A stretch of DNA of 63,664 nucleotides, filler included, from Vannella sp. (lineage: Eukaryota): assembly GCA_023345925.1 (NCBI GenBank). It is 5 parts of 5 records of this genome, joined end to end, with 100 filler letters (N's around TTAATTAATTAA, not from the genome) between each part and the next. Parts side by side here need not be neighbours in the genome. Positions count along the whole stretch, not along the records: positions 53,089 to 63,664 come from JAJQQN010000284.1; 4 more parts are not named here. One strand, 5' to 3'. Every line of letters starts with the position of its first letter. Position 1 is the stretch's first letter. This document shows positions 57,723 to 63,664 of this stretch, in pieces. Both the position numbers and the translations under genes were made by a program. Below the pieces are notes generated by a model, which saw only the letters and a list, made by a program, of their open reading frames with translations, made no database searches and had not been told where the DNA came from.

Positions 57723-57982
57723 CGCTTCTGGTGCTTGTGTGTGAGAGGAGAGTCAAAAGGAAAATAAACAAAAAATAGAGCGAGTCACTGAGTCCTGTTC
57801 TACGTGCGCTCTCTTCCGCTCAACCAAGAGAACACCAAATGACAACACCAAACAGCAACCGCCGAAAGGAATCGAAATGGTGCTTTTGCTCCCCAAAATC
57901 CTTCTTATCGATCCTTCCTTACTTACTTTAAATTCGACTGTTCACTGAGATAAAGGGAAGCCCCCTTTGGAACTCCGTCACC

Positions 57983-58039
57983 GGACCAATCAGGAGACAG
58001 AGACGCCAGGACCAATCAGGAGACAGAGATACCAGGACC
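57983..58039. promoter_or_regulatory. Duplicated CCAAT boxes (26-bp tandem repeat) upstream of SWR1
   Basis: ggaccaatcaggagacagagacgcca-ggaccaatcaggagacagagatacca-ggacc. Confidence 0.65.
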
Positions 58040-58248
58040 TAAAGTAGAGGCATACTCACTATTACGCTGGCCCCCACAACCTCTCTCATATCTTCCCAAC
58101 TCCATTCCACTTCGCAGGGCCTCAGAAAGCTCGCAGAGCTCCCTTTGGGCCCGGAAGAGGACATAGAACTCAGTTTGCAGGCTTTTCTGCAGACTGGCAT
58201 TTGATCCTCTCTGAATGCTGACAAGTCTTATTCCCTTTACAAGGCAGT

Positions 58249-59621
58249 TTAGAAGCCAGTGAATTGGTCCCCATAGTTGGGAACGTTTGCTTCTTGTGAG
58301 GAGGACACAGAAGCTGCCCTTCGATGGCCTCTCGCCTTCTTCTTCGTTGGCTGCACTTTGGTAGGGCGCAAGGGATGATCTTCTGGAGCAACAGAGGAAC
58401 TTCGATGCCAGAGTCGGCTGGGAATCTGGGGAATCTCCCCAATGGAGCGGAGGAAATGCTTTTTGGGTTTGGACTCGCTATTATCTTCTCCACGGGGGCT
58501 CTTGGGGCCGAACAGGTCAATAGATTTGTTATGCCGGTGCTTACTCTTGTGAGATCCTGAGACTTCTTCTGCTCCTGTGCTTGGTGTAAATGGAGGATGA
58601 AGACCGCGATTTTGAGCCAGTTCCCAGTTAATGGATTGGAAAAAAGGATGGTTTTTGACCTCCTGTGATCCGGAAGACCCCAGGCGGGTATTCATATCTT
58701 TTAACAAGAGCTAGAGAAGCCACATTAGCACTCAACTTTTACCTCCGCAAAGTTCCAACCTTCCCAATCAGATCCTGAGCCGAGGGAGAGAGATTCGGAT
58801 GATCCAAAGCCGGTGTTGAGTTACGAATCAAGTCAAAAAGCTCCCTCCTATTCTCTGACCAGAAGGGGGGCTGCAGCAATCAAAAGGGGTAAATAAACGA
58901 CATCACAGATGGCAGCTCAGGCCATCTTCTCACCTCTCCTGTCAAGAGCAGATGTAAAGTAACACCCAAACCCCACCAATCAACAGGGAAACTGTGCCCT
59001 GTCTCCTGCAACACTTCAGGGGCTTCCCAGTTTGGGTTAGTACGACCAATAACGCCAGATAGAGGGCCTACCAATGTAAATGGCGGTACCAGAGAAAGAG
59101 TATAAGCGATCCTTGATGTTATGAAGCTTATGGCTCAAGCCAAAGTCGGTCAGCTTCACGTGACCGTCCGAGTGGATGAGGATGTTCTCTGGCTTAAGGT
59201 CACGGTACACGATGCTGTGCTTGTGAAGCTCCTCCACACCAAGGAGTATCTCTGCTACGAAGAAACGAGCTTGGTCCTCGGGGAAACAGGTGTCGGGGTG
59301 CTCGCAAAGGCGAGTCCAAAGGGACTCGCCTGGGATGTAGTCCATGATGAGGTAGAGCGTGGTAGCTGTGTGAATGGTCGTGTGGAGCTTAACGATGAAA
59401 GGGTGTTCGCAAGTGAGCATGATGTCCCTCTCTAAGCGGGTGTGCTCGATCATGTCCTGAAGGACAACCGTCTCCTTCTCCATCATCTTCATCGCGTACA
59501 GCTTCCCGTCCACTCGGTATCGCACTAGCTGAACATCACCAAACGCTCCTTTCCCCAGGAATCGGATGATCTCAAAGTCCTCCAAGCAAGGAGCCTCAGC
59601 CGAAGACACCGCCGAGCCCAT
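58249..59621 (-). CDS. AGC-family Ser/Thr kinase (N-myristoylation motif)
   Basis: MGSAVSS; LGKGAFG, YAMK, YRDLKPEN, TDFGLS, GTAIYI|APE, VDWWGLG, RLGS..HPFF..INW..PPF.P, C-terminal FTGF. Confidence 0.93.
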
Positions 59622-59977
59622 CCGCCCCTCCTCGGACCCAGCCGCCAAACAATGACTCCTCTCTCTCATAAGTCACAAAAAGGTGGGCCAAATGGGCTAG
59701 AAGTGAAGGGGCTGGGATTGGTTCTTTGGCGGCTTCTGCTGAACAGAAAGGGAGCTTTCTTCACCAGGGGGAGTGGCCTTCTTCACTTGCTGAGTAGGTG
59801 TGTTGATAGAGAGCGTCTGGAAGGCTGGATGGTGTCGGATAAGGTCTCTTTCGTTGGCCTCACATCGAAAGAGACTTTCGTCTCTTTCTCCCTTCTCCTG
59901 TGTCGCTTTCCTCACTGGAGGTACGATCGATACAAGAGCTTTGGTAATGAGACTGTTTACCCTTCATTGGCAGCCAC

Positions 59978-61033
59978 TTAAATGAAGCGCGCACTCTTAC
60001 TTCGACTGCGAGTCTGATTGGGGAGGGCGGGCTGGAAAGATGAAAGGACAGGAGTGAGCTGCTCATTGGTATGGAGGAGTCCGAGTTCTCCATTGCGGTT
60101 GCATCCGAAAACCAGAAGGCTGCCATCCGGCAAGAAGGCCAAAGAATGATGTCCACCCGCTACCAGGGCGCTTGCTTCCTTCAAGAGTGTGACAGATGAT
60201 GGTTGGAGTTGATTGAGTGATTCACCTGTCCCCAATCGCCCTTGGGCATCATATCCCCAGGACCAGACCCCGCCATTCTCATCCAAAGAGATAGTGTGAT
60301 ACCACCCACAGGACGCTATAAGCATAGGACGGATGTTCATGATTCGCTGAAGCTTAGAATCACCTCCAGAAGAGCGCCCAAGCTGGCCAAAGGTGTTGTC
60401 TCCAGCTGAGAAGACGCCTCCTTGCGAGTCGATGACAATCACCCCAAATAAGAGGGCAGCCAGGCATCGGAGAGGTCCTCCAGAGAGCTCTGCACCTTGA
60501 ATCAGGGTCGGTTGGGGAACTCTGTTGGTGTGGCCGAGGCCCAGTTGACCTTTGGAGTTGTCCCCCAAAACCCAGAGGCCTTCTTCGGCCTCTGCCACGA
60601 GGAACCTGTTACCGCAAGCCACCTTGAGAAGTGGAGGGATGCCTTCAACTCTCTGAGGAAGAGAACTCGCCCAAGAGAGATCTTCTTTGCTCGTCCACAC
60701 CCAAAGGCCTCCTTTGTGATCAATTGCGGCGCTGTGAGAGTAGCCAGTGGCCACTGCATCAATGAGTGGAAGATCTAGAACAAGGTGGAAGGTAAGAGAG
60801 TCTGGAGGGGACCCACAGCGACCAGTCTCCCACACACCGCCCTCCGCATCAAGAACAAGGGAGTGGAAGCATCCCCAGTCCATCTGAACCGGCTGTGGGC
60901 CATTCCAGGGCACCTTCACTGGTTCAAATTGGTCATTCTTGTGACCAAGACCAAGTTGGCCCTTGGCATTGGCTCCAAAAGCCCAAAGGCCCCCTTCTTG
61001 GGAGAGGAGGAGCGTGTGGCTACCAAAGGGCAT
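59978..61033 (-). CDS. RCC1-repeat (beta-propeller) protein, paralog 1
   Basis: Repeats such as WAFGANAKGQLGLG, GCFHSL, GYSHSA, GDNSKGQLGLG, CGWYHT, AGGHHSL. Confidence 0.92.
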   Translation of the reverse strand: MPFGSHTLLLSQEGGLWAFGANAKGQLGLGHKNDQFEPVKVPWNGPQPVQMDWGCFHSLVLDAEGGVWETGRCGSPPDSLTFHLVLDLPLIDAVATGYSHSAAIDHKGGLWVWTSKEDLSWASSLPQRVEGIPPLLKVACGNRFLVAEAEEGLWVLGDNSKGQLGLGHTNRVPQPTLIQGAELSGGPLRCLAALLFGVIVIDSQGGVFSAGDNTFGQLGRSSGGDSKLQRIMNIRPMLIASCGWYHTISLDENGGVWSWGYDAQGRLGTGESLNQLQPSSVTLLKEASALVAGGHHSLAFLPDGSLLVFGCNRNGELGLLHTNEQLTPVLSSFQPALPNQTRSRSKSARFI

Positions 61034-61600
61034 CCCAAAGAATGGTGTTCTTAGAAGCAGCTTCAGCACCGAGAACCCATTGTTGATTGCTGAGGTTACT
61101 GCAGCAAGTTGCAAGAAACCCACAAGCAAAGGTATGTTGGCGAATTCTCTCGTCGCAGGAATTGACATTCTACGAAGGGGACAAACTATTGAGTTTCATT
61201 GTGTCCTCGGTAGATTGTCCTTTGCGTTGGTCAAGAACCAAGCCCCAGACAAGGCAACACAAACAAAGTCAGAGAGTCCAACCCCAAACTCAAGGAGTGA
61301 ACCCAATTGTGAGTTGAAGTTGGAAATGGAACGGGAGCCTTGTGAACACATCCCGGGTACTGATGACCGTGCAATTAGCTGAAGAACAGCACTCCCAACT
61401 CGACCTTCTCCAACGGAGTTGGCAACCGGGGATTCAAGTCTCAAAGCAAATGTTGCGGCCAAAGCACAAGCGATGCAGTGTATTCCGTACCGGGGGTTCA
61501 CTCACAGGTAAAGACGATGGAGACGGTGAAGAGAACAATCCCGAGTACGACGATTGTATTCAAATGAGGTTTATGTGGAGGCATATCTTCATGAGCACTT

Positions 61601-62593
61601 TCAAGAGGAAGCTGGAAGGCTCTCCCTATCGGATTGGTCGGAGACAAAGCGGGCACTCTTTTGTCGGGAAGAAAATGCTATCTGATAGGGACAGAGAATT
61701 GGAACGTTATGATAACCACTCGGAGAGCCTGGGCCGAACTGCCCCCAACTGTTATCGCCAAACATCATTGTGCGGCCGTCAAGCAGATGCGCCATGAAAT
61801 GGCGTCCTCCCGACACGAAAGAGCTGACTTCTTCGAGCCATAAAGAAGTTTCGCCCACCTCTCCTGGATACCGTTTGTGCTTCCAAAGTTGGCGTTTCTC
61901 ATCCAACAAGAGAAATTCCCAAAATCCGGAAGATGCTTCCACCACGGGAGGGATTTCCAGTTTTCTGAATGTGAAACTCGTGCAACGGTCATTGAAAATT
62001 CTGCAAAGAAATACAGAGCCTTCTGCGTCAACAAAAACAGCGTCATACAAGAGAATGCAGAGGCTGCGTAGAGGTCCGCTGGAGAGGTCCTTCGCGAAAA
62101 TGGGAGTAGTCATCGTTTCCCCAAATGGATGGTAAATCCAGAGAGTACCATCTTCACATTCGAGGATCAGCTTGCCCCAACCACATGCTGCTTTAGAGAT
62201 CTTGGAAGGAAAGGGAATCTGCTTTGGGATGACTCTCTGATGATCGGGCTTGCCCCACCAAACCCAAAGGCATCCCTCATTATCAATGGCAGCAGAGTGG
62301 TCGTGTCCAGCAGCTATTTGAGTGATCTCAGGAAGTCCCTCAACTAGCCGAAAGTTGGAAGTGAACTCCCTGTTCGGAACTCCAGAGGTTCCTGCTTCCC
62401 ACACTCCACCTTTTGAATCCAGAGCAAGGGAATGGAATTGGCCCCAGTCGACTTTAACCAGCGGTGGGCCAACCCAAGGGACTTGATGGGGAACATCTGG
62501 CATTTTCTCGTCGGAAGGGTTAAGTCCAGGATTTCCACCGAAAGCCAACAATCCTTCATTACTGAGAAGCAGCGTGTGATATCCGTAGGGCAT
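61601..62593 (-). CDS. Divergent RCC1-repeat protein, paralog 2
   Basis: Shares the N-terminus (MPYGYHTLLLS), VDWGQFHSL, IAAGHDHSAAID, FGDNSWGQFG and KSARF with paralog 1. Confidence 0.85.
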   Translation of the reverse strand: MPYGYHTLLLSNEGLLAFGGNPGLNPSDEKMPDVPHQVPWVGPPLVKVDWGQFHSLALDSKGGVWEAGTSGVPNREFTSNFRLVEGLPEITQIAAGHDHSAAIDNEGCLWVWWGKPDHQRVIPKQIPFPSKISKAACGWGKLILECEDGTLWIYHPFGETMTTPIFAKDLSSGPLRSLCILLYDAVFVDAEGSVFLCRIFNDRCTSFTFRKLEIPPVVEASSGFWEFLLLDEKRQLWKHKRYPGEVGETSLWLEEVSSFVSGGRHFMAHLLDGRTMMFGDNSWGQFGPGSPSGYHNVPILCPYQIAFSSRQKSARFVSDQSDRESLPASS

Positions 62594-63664
62594 TGGAAAG
62601 AAATGAGGGAAATCCAGGCAAATCCTTGGAATTCGAGCCCATTTTTCTTTCTCTCTTGATTATTTGTCATTCAATCAAGAGAGAGCAAACAATTCAAACC
62701 ACCTGTTTGAGTTGAATTCGCCTTGAGCATTTTAAAGGCCCACTGTTCTTCACAAGAGCGTTTTCTCTTCAGTAAGAGTGAGTTACCGAAAGAGGTTGGT
62801 TTCATTTATCTAATGGACATCCAAATTGTAAGTGAATCGATCATGAGAAGGTCTACTATCCTGATTTGTGTTCGAGATAGAGAGCCAAAAGACTTCAACT
62901 TCTTCCTCAACAGCCGGATGTTCCATCGGACGCCGCAAATTCATCCAAACAGGCCGACATGGCTCCGTATAAAAAGCGTCAAAACAAGTGGGTACTCTTC
63001 TTCGTGCGTCAGGTGGCTGAAGGAGGGAGAGCAGGCTGGTAAAGGAGAAAGTTCGGGCCAAGTCCAGTTCCGAAGACTTCAGGAACAAAATGCCCACACT
63101 GGGCACCGCCAATTACCTTCAAATCATTCAGGAAAGTTTGAAAATGGGCCGTCTAAGCGCTTCCCAATGGCAAAAAAACGGGCCTTTGTTCAAGACATTG
63201 ACCCTATCCCATTGATCCAACTTTAACTTCTCTCAAAGGAACAGAACCTTTGTAGCCTAGAGCAGGTGTTGGGAGGGGAGCCTTGTACACACATCCTGGG
63301 GTACTTTTTACAGTGCAATTAGCAGAAGCACAGCACAACCAACTCGGCTTTACATAAGGGAGATAACATCCGGGAATAGATGTCTCATAGCAATTGTGGC
63401 CAAAGCAAGTGGTATCACACCCACAAGCGATGCATCACACGTGTGGCGAGTTTAGTTCGACTATCCAAATGCACCTTTGGAGATAAATGCACACACGCTC
63501 CCCTTTTGAGTTTGGTCGTTGTTATTGGATGGAACCGTTGGATGGGAATTGAGAGGTGAGAGAAAGCGAACCGGAGCAAGCTGAAGAATTGGTGGAGAGC
63601 GAAGACAAGAATTGTGGTTCGGTCTCATTCTCTGGGGTAGACGCTATGGCGTTATTACCAGGTG

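Noticed and set aside
62723..63226. 167-aa ORF near the window end
   Set aside because: Non-ATG start, no recognisable motifs, no supporting signals.

Overview
Gene-dense eukaryotic nuclear DNA (~50% GC) with many short GT-AG introns (mostly 45-70 nt). It is most consistent with an amoebozoan-type protist; this is inferred from gene content (vinculin/alpha-catenin-like, RasGEF, RhoGAP, GAIN-domain surface protein, MLO, DYRKP). The window is five contigs joined by artificial N-TTAATTAATTAA-N linkers, so adjacency across linkers means nothing. Recognisable genes: PIKfyve/Fab1, BolA, U2AF1, DYRKP kinase, ABCB6/ATM1-type transporter, RhoGAP, RasGEF, cyclin T/K, SSR3, MRPL49, SERINC, SWR1, an AGC kinase, and ankyrin and RCC1 paralog pairs. 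Most interesting: (1) a contig-edge ORF missed by the ORF track that looks like a eukaryotic member of the bacterial 7(1) septoil-knot family; (2) an LRR gene built from 18 symmetric one-repeat exons; (3) a PX-ankyrin-DUF294-like pseudo-nucleotidyltransferase-TPR protein; (4) a hidden frameshifting cassette exon in U2AF1 intron 1; (5) surface proteins placing different heads (bacterial-type adhesin, LRR, DNase I) on Ser/Thr stalks; (6) a copper-ligand-less multicopper-oxidase homolog. All family assignments are from motif recognition by eye, not from database searches.
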